Assembly: GCF_963676685.1 (NCBI RefSeq)
Contig: NC_092346.1
Span: 35,712,001-35,776,000 of the forward strand
Direction: 5' to 3'
Source of the DNA: Mytilus edulis
Lineage: Eukaryota
DNA: 64,000 nt
The position numbers and the translations under genes were made by a program. Positions 50,401-63,817 of the stretch are shown here, in pieces (position 1 is the stretch's first letter; each line of letters starts with the position of its first letter). Below the pieces are notes generated by a model. It worked only from the letters and a program-made list of their open reading frames with translations, was not told where the DNA came from and did no database searches.

Positions 50401-53400
50401 ATCTGAAGATATAATTGAATTACCAATGATTAATTCTTTATTCATGCAGATGATCAAAACGCTGTAGAACGAATATAAGATGAAATTATAAAAAAAGACC
50501 TGTGAACTTTTTTACTTTCCACTGGTAATGGCCGAACAAATATTTGTGCAAACAATAGTTAACATTTTATTTCTTTAAAAAAAAATGAGAATGAATATAC
50601 GAATAAATACATCGCCAAAGAAAGACTAAAGCTTTGAATCATAGCTGGTTTTTTTTCAATATCTCAGTAAAACTTACATGGACATGGTGAAACGTTTATA
50701 ACCACAACACCACCTCATATTGCTTTTGAAAATAATACTATTTCATGCCTATAGTAGATTTTCGTCAAAATAAATTTTTCACTTCAACATTTAACTGACA
50801 AGGCTATACAAAATTTTATGATTTTAAAGATTTTCTTTTGTCTCTTTGTTATTTATTTTTTTCACAACAACCTTGTTCTAAGATTACCATATGATATGAC
50901 ATATTGTTGAAACTTGGGGTTCCAATAGACATATGTTGTTCGATCACCTGGCACTTTTGCTTAAAACTGAGTATATACAACAAGACTATTTGTTCTGAGT
51001 GGAAACTTGCTATGGCCAAAATCTTGTCTTACTGATAAATTTCACTGGACAGATTTTCTGTATAGTTATGAAAATAATAGGTAAATATTGGTTAACTTCG
51101 TGATAAAGAGATAATAACACCTTGTAAGGTTACCTTGTATCAATTTATTATTATTACTAGTATACATGTATATCGAACGTACTTAAATTGTTGCACATGT
51201 GTTACTAATCAATATATCTAATATAGTTTTCAGTACATTAGATAAAACACTAAAAATAGTAATCTTAAATCGTTATTCAAAGGTAATATCTTGATTGACG
51301 TGTTTGGCAATATCTTAGTTTGCTATTATAGTGATTAAGATTATAAAACAATGTTGACTGCTCAACATTTATTTGGACATTTTTACCAATTACACCTGTT
51401 TGTTTTGTTCACACATCGTTGTCAATATAATGGGTTTTAAGACGACTGTCACACTTTTCAGTGTTTCTGTTGTTTCGTAGTTTCCGCTTATGGTTAATGT
51501 GTTTTCCTCGGCTATAGTTTAGTTTGTAACCCGGATTTGTTTTTTTCTCCCAATCGATTTATGACTTTTGTACAGCGGTATACTACTGTTGCCTACAATC
51601 AGACAAGTTAGAGGTTTATCTAGCTATAAAACCAGATTAAGTACACCATTGTCTACATTAGAAAATGTCTTTTCCAAGTCAGGAATATGACAGTTGTTAT
51701 ACATTCGTTTGATGTGTCCAAAAATTCAAACTGAAAAATCTCATACTGCCTAAATAAATGACAGAGCATTTTTTTTTATTCATTAGCAAAATATTACACA
51801 GAATATAAAATAAATGATGAAGGTCGTTTGTTTAGCCCAAATATTTGTCTTACAATACGATTTTTATGATCTATATATTTATCCATATTGTAATGCTGTG
51901 TCTTGTGTTCTGTATTTTTATTTGTTAGCCACGGCGTTGTCAGATTTTTTTCGATATATGAATCTGACTATCCCTTTGATATCTTTCGTACATCTTTCAA
52001 ACATCCCGGTATTGTGTTATTGTGACATGGTTAATGATTGTTTATAAATTTCTTTGTTTTTATAGTGTGTAAGATAATGAAAAAATGTACCTCTATTTTT
52101 GACATTTTTACCTATAACTGCTGTTTGTTTGTCAATATTTCATGCGACTGTCATACAAGTGAGAGGTTTAGCTAGCTTTTAATAATGACAACAGTAGTAT
52201 ACCGCTGTTTTAAAGTCATGAAACGAGAAAACAAGTCAGGGTTACACAATAAAACCGAGGGAAACACATCAACCAGGTTTTATCAACCACTTTCTACATA
52301 AAATTGCCTATAACAAGTTAGGAATATGACAGTTGTTGTCCATTAATTTGATGTGTTGGAGCTTTTGATTTTGCCATCTGATTAGAGACTTTCCCTATTA
52401 ATTTTCCTCGGAGTTCAATATTTTCGTGATTTTCTTTTATTCATAAAAAAGAGAAATAACGGAATTTATAATAATATGGAATAAGATGTTTTCATGATGG
52501 ACCTGGTGTTGACAATATTTCACCATTTGTACAATATCAAGGAATGTTCATAACTTTATTGATAATGCATGCAAGAAATCATTCAGCAATTGACTTTATT
52601 GTCGGATAGGTACTTATTTGTTATTGTGTCAGTATACATACATTATTCAAAATCATTATTAAACGTAAGGATATACACATACACATGTCAATGAAAACAG
52701 ATCACGTATTTAAATAGAATACTAGTAGGTGAATACCTTTATTAAAGTTTTCTAAAAATGGACACAATTCTTTTGATATTATTATGATAACACTCCAAAT
52801 AATGATATATAATTCTTTAAAATTAAAGAGACGCAACTGTACAATATTTGAGAAAATCAGTTGATATTTTTACTTACCGTTTTTGTCGATCTTAAACACA
52901 TAGACGTATTGATTTAGTTATCCTGTATTACATCAATCTGTGATTTCCAATTATTTAACCACAATGTTATTTTCAGAAAATCAAAACGGAAAGTAGAATG
53001 AAATAAATATTTCTTTCCATCAGTCAATCTACATGATCTACCAGACTGTCATTAAATATATTTTCTAAAAATGATATACATATGTATATATAAATAGGAC
53101 AGGTACGTAGTATAATATTCAAATCCAGACATCAACAGATTCGCAAAGTATAGCATGTATTAATGCTGTTAAAGTTGTAAAAATAATAAATAATTAATTT
53201 AATTATGGAAGGACATGTATTGCGATTAATATTAAAAAAATCAAAAATATAATACCAATAAATTTAGTCTGGCAAACCATATATGATAGTGTTATGAAAA
53301 GAAGTTTTGACAAAAATGCTGCACTATGAGGTAATTTTAAAAAGAGGAAATCCAAAGAGCTGACAAAACCGAATTTTCAAAAAAACGAATAAAAAATTCC

Positions 53401-53619
53401 AATAAAATGTTATCCTCTTAGTTTTTTTTCACTTTGAATTGTATGTTCTAAATGAGATTTATGATATTTCAACTACCGTAAACTACTGAATTGTTTCCCG
53501 TATAACTTGTTTTTTTCTTCAAAGAAAAGACAAAGACATGATAATTAGATGTCCAAGGTAAACGACTTAGTTATGTACATCATAATGTTAGAATTTAAAT
53601 ATACCAGCTTATTTATGTG

Positions 53620-53653
<34 letters not shown>

Positions 53654-55013
53654 CACAAAAATAATTACAAACAAAATTTAAACAGTCAAAAGAAAATGGG
53701 GAAAAACAACACCAAATGAACAAAAAAAAAAGAAATGGATTAAACAAGGATTGATCAGATATTCGAATTGATATATGGAGAAGTAGCAGCGTGTTCTATC
53801 TATAATTATAAACTACAATTTTGTCCTATAACATAATATTTCATAGAATGAATATTACAATATCTAACAAACATACAGGACAAACGTGTCACGTAGTATA
53901 CTGATATTCAGATAATATTTCATTTGACCATACATATAAATAAAGGCAACAGTAGTATACCGCTGTTCAAAATTCATAAATCGATAGAGAAAAAACAAAT
54001 CCGGGTTACAAACTAAAACTGAGGGAAACTTATCAAATATAAGAGAACTACGACACAACAGAGACACAACACCAAAACGTAACACACACAGAAACGAACT
54101 ATAATGTAACAATGGCCATTTTCCTGACTTGGTACAGGGCATTTTATGAAACAGTGACAAATGCTATTTAAGTAAAAAATGTGTTACTTTATGTTGTGAA
54201 AAATTCGAATAGTTAATTTGCAAATGAACATATGAAGTTACTTTTGATACAACTTAAGTTTTGTCATAAAACACCCGTAGTTGATGGCTTGATTATTGTT
54301 ATTTTGTGCAATATTTGAATTCAAATTTGTCATATTTTCTGAGACTAGCCATCCTAAAAACAACTATGAAAAAAATATGTTTGATTGATAAATACTATCT
54401 ATCAATTTAAAAAGTAAACAAAATACAGAACTCTAAGATTAATTCCTAACGGAAAGTCCCTTATCAAATTGCAACGTCAAAAGCTCGAACACATGAAACT
54501 AATGGAAAACAGTGTCATATTTCTGATTTGGTACAATCATTTTCTCATGTAGAAAATGGTGGATTAAACCTTGTTTTATAGCTAGCAAGTATAGTTAGTC
54601 ATTAGTCTGAATACATTGACTTAACAAATTTGAAGTAATAGTAGTCAACAATGATCAGATCCTATGAATCCATTTTGAAAATATAAACTCAGTACAAACA
54701 ACGAGTTTGACTCTCCCTTTGGTATCTTTCGTCAATCTTTTAAAAGTAAGGATCATAAGAAATGCATGTACTTCTAGATCACCGAGGTGCTGATGAAGTA
54801 GCTATATGTTTCAAATAACGATGCACCAAACTAAGCCACACATTTAATCAGTATGATGTTTAATCTATAATTTTTGAATTTTTTGAAATACTAAGGCTTT
54901 TCTACCTCAGGCATAGATTACCTTAGCTGTATTTTGCAAAACTTTTAGGAATTTTGTCCTCAGTGCTCTTCAACTTCGTACTTTATTTGGCATTTTTTTT
55001 TGGGGGGATTCGA

Positions 55014-55057
55014 GCGTCACTGATGAGTCTTTTGTAGACGAAACGCGCGTCTGGCGT
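55014..55057 (+). ncRNA. Minimal type-I hammerhead ribozyme
   Basis: Identical to 35655-35698. Confidence 0.85.
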
Positions 55058-55119
55058 ATATTCTATTATAGCTCTTCATGTTTTATATAGGCTTTGGATT
55101 GCAAATATTTTGGCCACGA

Positions 55120-55163
55120 GCATCACTGAAGAGACATGTATTGTCGAAATGCGCATCTGGTGC
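55120..55163 (+). ncRNA. Minimal type-I hammerhead ribozyme of a second sequence family
   Basis: GCATCA-CTGAAGA-GAC(ATGTATT)GTC-GAAA-TGCGCA-TC-TGGTGC; all three stems covary relative to family 1. Confidence 0.85.
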
Positions 55164-56908
55164 AAGAAAAATTAATTTAAAAAAAAGTTAATTTTATTAG
55201 TCCTGGTATTTATGATGAGTTTATCTATAAAGTATGAACAAATCCGAAAACAAAACTAATTTTCAGTGTCAAGACTATAATCGTCATTTTTTGAAAAAGC
55301 TTTCTGATTTATAAATATTTTTCTTCTATCGATATCTAATTACCAAATAAGAAACATTTAAAAAATTGCTGCCCGGAAGTAGATACTTTAAAACCAGCGA
55401 CACTTACTTATCCATAACATTAATATATCTGATAAACGGAATACTGTATTTAAAGTCATATGAAACCTCAAATTAATAGAAATGATGCATATTTGTTTTT
55501 TTTTTATAACAAAATGGATAGTAGTCATTATAAAACTTATGTACATATACTTTTTTCTGAAGAACATTCTTTAATTTGTCCACATTTAGAAGAAGTTTAC
55601 TTTTCAATTGCTTGCTTCCAGGAAGCAATTAGCCGACATATTTTCCGTATTCAAATTGACCTTAGCGTGACCCTCTCGTAAAAATCCGGTGGTCGCAATA
55701 CGCATGTATCTGTCACTGAAATAAAGTATCATCTGATTGTACATGTTATTCACGTGCTCAAAAGCCATGCTTCTTTGTTGATTGTTAACTATAAGGTGAC
55801 AATCGGTAAACTACGATTTCAAAACACAACAATGAATGAGCTGACACATTTTCACTTCATTACAGACAGTGAGAGAACAAAATAACGATAATACCATATT
55901 TTTGCGTAAAAAATGATAAAATCGTGCACAGAAGACTAAGTGTATAACACATACATGCATTGGTTCAAGAATTGGATAAACATTATTTTTCACCAGTCAC
56001 TCGTTTCATATGACTTTAAGTAAACCTCAGCTGGAAAGAATCTTTTTTTGTAATAAGAACAATAAATCGCCTTTAAAATAAACACACTAATATGATACGT
56101 ATTTATATTTAGTACGCTAAAGCAATTTTTATTTTGTTATTTTTGAATTGAAGCAAATTCAGCATTGCACTTCTTTAGCATTTTTAACATTTTGATTATG
56201 ATCAACTATTGTATTGTATTCCGAAATTTTGTATTCAGATTTGATATTGGTAAAGAATACTTATTTCTTTTTTTTTAAATAAACGCGCTAGAAACACTAT
56301 ATTAGACCACGTGACAGTTTCGGTATTTGTTATTCAACTCACGCGAGAAATGACGTTGCAGAGCAAGTCTTTTCCCAAGTGATAATCTGTTGGTAGGTGC
56401 CTCGGGTAGGTGCATATTTAATTGCATGCTTATTGTATTTATTAAGAAGCTTCAAATATCTCTGATATAGTATTATATATTTTTTTCTAATTTTACAATA
56501 TTATCACTGCTTATAAGTTTGTATTCTACTTCCTTAATTTGGATTAAACAAATATCTGCTGGCTGGTATTTAATTTGTAGTTATTTCTGTCAATATCGTT
56601 AAAAAAACCAAACATGAGAAATAGGGTATAGGAAATAATAAGAAATGGTTTGTTTTTATAGTGATTAAGATTTATAACACAATGTTGACTGCTGTATCTC
56701 TATTTTTGACATTTTGAGATATTATGTCTATTTGTTTTGTTCACACATCATTATTAATGTTATGGAATTTTATGCAAGTGTCATATAAGTTAGAGGATTA
56801 GCTAGATAAAAACCAGATTTAATACACTATTTTCTACATTGGCAAATGTCCTGTAACAAGTCAGGAATATGGCAGTTGGTATGAAATGTGTAATGGCGTT
56901 TCTGTTTG

Positions 56909-57143
56909 TTTTACAGAATAAGCATATGAGGCATTGTTTTAGTCTTTGCATGCTATAAAACGAAAGGGAGGAGTATTACCCAAAATTATTAGGCATTGTT
57001 CTTAAATTTGTTGAAAGAATTTAGTACTTTTGTACATGCTATAACTTGTGTAATGCAAAAATACAAGTTATAACATGTACAAAAGTACCTCATACATGTT
57101 ATAGCCTGTACAAAATAATGCCTCATATGCTTATTCTGTAAAA
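56909..57143. mobile_element. MITE-like element with ~32-bp inverted ends
   Basis: ttttacagaataagcatatgaggcattgtttt / aaaataatgcctcatatgcttattctgtaaaa; absent from the paralogous region near 20850. Confidence 0.7.
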
Positions 57144-57825
57144 GCAAGGGAGAGCTGATATAGTTTCCATTGGACCAAGTTTCATCATCAATATCTTTGA
57201 ATCTACTCTTCACTATTTTTGGCCTTCAGCTTGACTTATGTAAATTTATAACTCATTTAAAAAAAAAAACTATAAGATCATTGCATAAAGCGAATGTCAT
57301 TTTGATGTTTTAAATATATATTTTCTACTTTGAAAGCATGTATTTGAGGCCTTTGGATGTTGTCTGCTCCATGTGCGGGTTGTTGTCTTTTAGACACATA
57401 CCCCTTTTCCAGAATTTTACTATTGCCTTCAAAGTGGACATTCACAATTATAATTCATCAAATAAAGATATGTCCATAGATAGTCATAAGAGGATCATAA
57501 GACATGTCCTAAGAAATATCTTATGACAGGTCTTAGGAATGCTTCGTAATACCAACCTCTGGGAATTAACTGTAGCAAAACAAGACAAAACACACTAACA
57601 TGAATGAATAATGAAATAGTTATGAAAATATTATTGAGGTTTATAACTTCTGTTGCAATAATAGAATCATATCCTTATTTTTCGATTTTGTACAAGTTAA
57701 AACCATTTAAAAGCAATATTTTGTACATGTACGAGGTACTTTTGTATTATACAAGTTCTAACATGTACAATATTTGTGTACAGGTTATAACCTGTACAAA
57801 ATTGCAACTTGTACGCGACATATAT

Positions 57826-57930
57826 ACAACTCGTCTAAACATCAACCCACCAATGTTAGATCTGTAAATTTGCTTTCGTAAATTTTTGTTTCTTCCCTCG
57901 CCGGAATTCGAACCCATGCTTCTGTGACAT
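57826..57930 (-). mobile_element. tRNA-derived SINE fragment
   Basis: Minus strand has a Pol III B-box-like GGGTTCGAATTCC; no full tRNA cloverleaf. Confidence 0.45.
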
Positions 57931-58068
57931 ATATATGTATATATATATATATATATATATCTTATACAATAGTTATACAATTGTTAACAGTATTTAATTT
58001 GTAGAATTAATGAAACACAAAAAAATTCCAAAACCCAAAATTAAAATACTTATGCAATTTGTTACAAT

Positions 58069-58613
58069 TGTAATATTTTAATGTTTTGTAAATATTGACC
58101 TCTAGTTAATTTGGCTTTATAACTGTTTATTTGTGTACAGAGAAAATTAAAGACGCAAGGATAATTTGACAAATGGCTTGTTTTATTATCTGCAGTTAAA
58201 GTTGAGCTGTCAGATGTAATTAAGACAAATACTGATGTATTGGGGTGTAGGATAATAAAATTAGTTATGCCCATTTTGTTTGTCTAGAGGTGAAGTAATT
58301 AAATTTTATGATAAAGGTCAGTTGGTCAAGTAACTTGCCATGGGAGATGGTGTATCAGCTTTGATACTGTAAGGATGTGTATTTCTTGAAATCTTGAATC
58401 AGATAGATTCTGAGGGACTTGTATTTAAAGTTTGAATGTTTAATCTTTGTAGCTAACTTTGTCAATGTGTCTGATATAATGTACATTTGTGAATAAACTT
58501 GTTAATATATAACGTATTATTTAGTTACTGGGAATTTACCACAGGAAATTGTGCCATAGATGGCTATGTCCGTCTGTATGTAGCGGTGTTAACCTCCCCT
58601 CGGTCACGTTACA
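58069..58613. mobile_element. Solo LTR (545 bp)
   Basis: TGTAAT...GTTACA termini with a 4-bp target duplication CAAT (58065-58068, 58614-58617). The paralogous site at ~21380 is empty. Confidence 0.78.
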
Positions 58614-58998
58614 CAATAGATGTTAATGAAACGTGAATAAAAAGATTATCAATATTGAAAGATGCATTTTTTTTTTAAATATACTGAACACATTGATGTC
58701 TTCATTTTATTAGGTTCAAATTCCTTTTATCAAAACAATTAACAAAACTATATAACTAAGAAGCCATTAATATAAGTCAATGAAAAAAGCATTTCATAAT
58801 TTCGTAACTGCTAAGGGCTTCATTGGATTTGCCTTCATTCAAAACTCCTATCATAATAAAGTCAGTGGTGTATAAAAAGTAGGAACTTTTATATTTAAAC
58901 TCATAAGTAGTGTAATTACCTGCAATTACATATGAACAAATGAAAATAAAAATAACTTTAGATTTTTTTTCTCTTGTAAAGGTCAAATGTATTAAGAA

Positions 58999-60671
58999 AT
59001 GGCTTCGTCAATTCCATGTGGACCCTGTAATCATGATAGCGTAAACAAGAATGCAGAAAAATGGTGCACCGATTGCAACGAAGGGTTTTGTAATGTATGC
59101 GAAAAGGCACATACATCAATGAAAATATCGAGGGACCATAATTTGATCCCCATTGGAGACTACCGTGAAATTGAAAATATAAATGTTGATTTAGAGTGCC
59201 AGGAGCACGGATTAAAACTTGAGATGTATTGTACAAAACATGAAAAGGCTATTTGTATGCTTTCCAGCAATGCACAAAGGTTGTTCCGATGCCATTATTC
59301 CTCTAGCTGAAGCTGCGAAAAATGCGAAAACATCGACTGCTTTTACTGACTTGGAGCATGCTATCAACCACACATTGGATCACATAGAAATATGTGTTAG
59401 GGATCGCGAGGCAGCTGCAAAAAGAATTGAAACGCAAGAAATTGCAATAAAGAAAATTATTTCCGATACGCGGGAGAATATTGATAAACATTTAGATGAT
59501 TTGGAAAGAAAATTATTGAATGAGTTGTCAACAGCATATTCATCTTGTAAGTCAAAATATGGAAAGTTTAAAAACCAACTTGATAAACTTGAAAAAGAAA
59601 TACAACGTCTCAAGGGACAAACATCTCAACTAAAGCGTTTTGCCCCAAACCTACAGATATTCTTAAGAACACATCAGATGACTAAAGAGGTGCAAGACGA
59701 AGTAAAAGTCATACAAGAAGCCATCTGGTCCGTTAAGAATTATAATATAGAAATCCAATTACAGCAAGAGATTACTTCATTATTAAAGGATGTCAAAAGC
59801 TTTGCTACGATAGAAGTTGATGAAAGTACCATCAGTTGCCCATTTACGGATGCAAAAATTGATCAAGCCCAAATACAAGTAAAATCTAGGAGATCTTGGA
59901 CAAAGCTACAGTTGAAAAAGAAGTTCGCAATTAAGGAAGAAGCAAAAGGCATAATGATTTTAGGATGTACAATTTTGGCAAATGGTAACTTATTGATTGC
60001 AGACAATAGTGGGCAGAATGTACTAATGGAATATAACGTAGACGGACATTATATTCGTGATGTACCCGTCTCTGCATCACCATGGGATCTGACAGTAATA
60101 GATACCGACAAAATTGCCGTTTCTTATAATTCTCTTAAAAACGTCGAGGTTATAGATATGAAAAGAATGATAGTTTTGAAAAATGTGAAATTTGAAAACA
60201 ATTGTTATGGAATATCAAACAATGATGGAAAGATTTGTGTTGTCGTTGGAAATAAAGAAATAGTTGTGCTGAATATAGAAGGAACTATACTTAATACAAT
60301 CAAGTTAGAACCAAATCGGACGGTTTACGATATCGCAATGACTAAAGACAGAATCTACTACACAGACATGGCTGAGAACACTGTTTACTGTTGTAGTACA
60401 AACGAAAAGAAAGTATGGAGTTTCAGGGATACAAACTCACTTGTTGTACCATCTGGAATATCCGTTGATCGTGACCAAAACGTGATTGTTTTGGGTTTAA
60501 GCTCTTATAACCTTCTGGTGTTACAAAATGAAAGGGAAAATCAGCAAAACATTACTTAATAATACCGACGGTCTAGACCAACCCTCAAGTGTATGCTACA
60601 AGAAGGAAAATAACATGTTTCTGGTGTGCAACCAAAAGAATGAAGATGCTTTTTTATTCAATGTTATTTAG
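58999..60671 (+). pseudogene. TRIM-like (B-box/CC/NHL) copy 2 with two frameshifts
   Basis: Colinear with 21773-23443. 5-bp deletion at ~59257 (att aca tgc > a tgc) in B-box2 and a +1 insertion at ~60531; the homologous stop TAG is at 60669-60671. Confidence 0.88.
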
Positions 60672-61153
60672 TTGCAATGCCTTTTATTAAGTCTGACGAT
60701 TCAACGTTAAAATAACTGTGATCTCGAACAAAGATTTTGATAATCATTCGACTTATTTTCTAAACAGTTAGAATGTTGTAAATATAAAGGGATATGACTG
60801 ACAAAATCGCGGAAATGAATGATCGCATCGTCTTCATTGACAAATTTCATCTTGTTCACGTACAAATTTAAAGATTTCTTACCACTTTAATTCTGATTGA
60901 AAAATTAGTGTTTGAAGATGTTGAATTTAATGACAAAACGAGGGTCTGAATTTAAAGATTCTAGCGTTGTTTTTTTTCCATCTGTACAACCTTCTAAGCA
61001 TGACCTAAAACGAAAGATTGGGATAGTGTATAAAAACCTTGTACGTTTAGATTACGTTATATGGTTCAATCATGATGTTTGGTCATTCAAAACTCAATAT
61101 TTGTAAGAAATGTTAAATCATAACTTCATTGAGATAGATTACCGACATTAAAC

Positions 61154-63170
61154 TAAAACCTCCTGATTGCACTTGTGCTAGTTCCCTATTCACATATAAT
61201 CCAGCTGGCCACGTTATTACCGGTGACCTCAACATTGTTAATAACACATTTTCTACGAAATGTGTTATCGAAAGGTCCGAAATATCGTGAGCCTAAATTC
61301 ATCAATTGGAAATACAACTTTAAAATTTTGATGGATTCAGACGAGGATTATGACAGGCAATGGGCTAAGCGCGAGAAGGAAGACGTAGACACTCTTTCCG
61401 TATGGATCAAGGCAGTGAGGTCGTTTATACAAATCAGAATTAAGAAACTGAATGAGTTTATCAATGCCCATGCTACGTCAATCTTTCAAGACCCAAATGT
61501 TGCAAAACACCTATCCTACCTCCATGACAAGTATGTTGTTGTCCCGCAGATAAAGCCCCAGACAACATCGTTTTTGTGTGTAAAACTCATTACATTAACT
61601 GCTTTATCAACGAACTAGGTATTGACAATTCACTTGGAAACTCAACATATACCCTCACGACACTTACCAAAGAGGAAATCTTGGATAATCATAGGTCTGT
61701 TCTATGTTCCTTTGGAATTTCAATCAAAGATAAAGAACTGGATCTTCCATCACTGTATTGGATACCTAAACTACATAAGTGTCCTTACAAACAACGGTAT
61801 ATTGCTGGGTCTTCTAAGTGCTCCACGAAACTTCTTTCTTAATTATTAACATTTATTTTATCAGCAATCAAAGACAGGCTTCAAAGTTATTGTGAAACTG
61901 CATATTCTAGAGGTGGCGTGAATCAGATGTTGATACTTAAAAATTCCAAAGATCTTTTAGAGTACGTACAATATAACTCTCTTTCATCTTGTAACAGTAT
62001 TAAAACATTTGACTTTTCTACTCTTTACACAAGTATTCCACATTTCAAACTAAAAGACAAATTGAAAGAGTTGGAATTGCTTTGCTTCATAAAAAAGAAT
62101 GGCCGCCGTAGATACAAGTATCTTGTCTAAGGGAGGGATAAATCCTACTTTTTAAAGGACCACTTTGATTCAAACAAAAAATTCTCTGAAACTTATATTA
62201 TCAAGATGCTTGATTTCTTGATTGACAACATGTTTGTTTCGTTCGGAGGACGTGTTTTTCAACAGACTGTCGGCATTCCAATGGGAACAAACTGTGCCCC
62301 TGTACTTGCCGATTTGTTTCTTTATTATTATGACTTCATGTAGGAACTTCTTAGGAAGAAAGATAAGAATTAGCAAAATCCTTTAACTCTACTTTCCGCT
62401 ATATAGAGGATGTTCTTTCACTAAATAATTCAAAATTTGGTGACTATGTGGAACGCATCTATCCCATCGAACTAGAGATAAAGGATACTACAGATACAGT
62501 TAAGTCAGCCTCATATCTTGACTTACATCTAATTGACAATGAGGGTTGGTTGAAAACAAAACTTTACGACAAAAGAGATGATTTCAGCTTTCCAATTGAG
62601 AACTTTCCATTTCTAAGTAGCAACATCCCAGCAGCACCTGCATACGGAGTATATATCTCCCAATGGATACGATATTCCCGTGCTTGCATGTCCTATCATG
62701 ATTTTCTCGATATAGGGTTGCTGCATACAAGGAAGCTATTAAACCAAGAGTTCCAAATGGTGAAGTTGAAATTATCCATTTGTAAATTTTACGGACGCCA
62801 TCACGAGTTGGTTGACCGTTATGGAATAACCGTTTCACAAATGATATCGAATATGTTACTTACGTCGTACTACAATCCCTTTCCCTTTCATGAATGTGAA
62901 CTACCGTAATAGACTATTTACCGGATTTATTATTACATAAGCAACACGACGAGTGCCCCATGTGGAGCAGGATCTGCCTACCCTTCCGGATCACCTGAGA
63001 TCACCCTTAGTTTTTAGTGGGGTTCGTGTTGTTTATTCTTTAGTTTTCTATGTTGTGTCATGTGTACTATTATTTGTCTCTTTGTCTTTTTCATAATAAG
63101 CCATGGCGTTGTCAGTTTGTTTTAGATTTATGAGTTTGACTGTCTCTTTGGTATCTGTCGTCCCTCTTCT
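61154..63170 (+). mobile_element. 5'-truncated, decayed Penelope-like retroelement (reverse transcriptase; Naiad-like)
   Basis: Broken ORF with CTC..GHVITGDL, KGPKYREP, LYWIPKLHK, FDFSTLYT, GIPMGTNCAP, FRYIEDV, LYDKRDDF..SNIP..YGVYISQ; multiple stops and frameshifts. Confidence 0.85.
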
Positions 63171-63506
63171 GTGAAGAACGATCTAATTTCACCTTTTCAG
63201 TTGCAAACTTCAAATTTTCTCAACAGTAACAGTCCATCCGCTCCATCGTATGGCATTGCATTAATAAATATATTTGTTAATACATTAAGCCCGTACCTAT
63301 TGACATACATACATATTTTTGTTAATACGTAACGCATGTGCATGTTGATACTAAACGGACTTTATTGAATAAAGGCAACAACACCATACAGTTGTTCAAT
63401 AGTTATAAATCAATTAAGCGAAAACGAATCCGGGTTACATATTAAAAAAGAGGGAAACACACATCAACTGTTAGAGGAAAAATAACGAAACAACAGAATT
63501 GATTAA

Positions 63507-63817
63507 CTATTCTCTGATGTTCATCTTTTGAAGTTTTCCATCTTCAATTTGGTCAAGGTAATTAGACATAAAGTCGTCTGCAGAATTAAATATTTGCTGC
63601 AAGGTTAACAAGGTCAGGATATTCAATTTTTCATTAAGTTCAATTTCTGATTCGTAATTCTTAATTGGTAGGATATGAGATCTTGGCAGTCCCAATATCT
63701 GTGAAACTCCATCTACAGTTTCTTGTACAGCAGGACTGATGAAAACTTGAGATATATCCTCATGTATCGCCTCACATAGTTTGTCTATTTTAGTAAGTAA
63801 TACAATCTGTGGTATGC
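63507..63817 (-). CDS. IFI44L: Last exon of a third IFI44L-like gene (rest beyond window end)
   Basis: 311-bp exon after an AG acceptor: GIPQIVLLTKIDKLCE..GLPRSHILPIKNYESE..NIRE*. Confidence 0.88.

Noticed and set aside
50401-50457. N-terminal extension of the 203-aa TLDc ORF
   Set aside because: A splice acceptor at 50403 and alignment to copy 1 place the start at ATG 50400.
57826-57930. tRNA gene
   Set aside because: Only a B-box-like motif; no cloverleaf.
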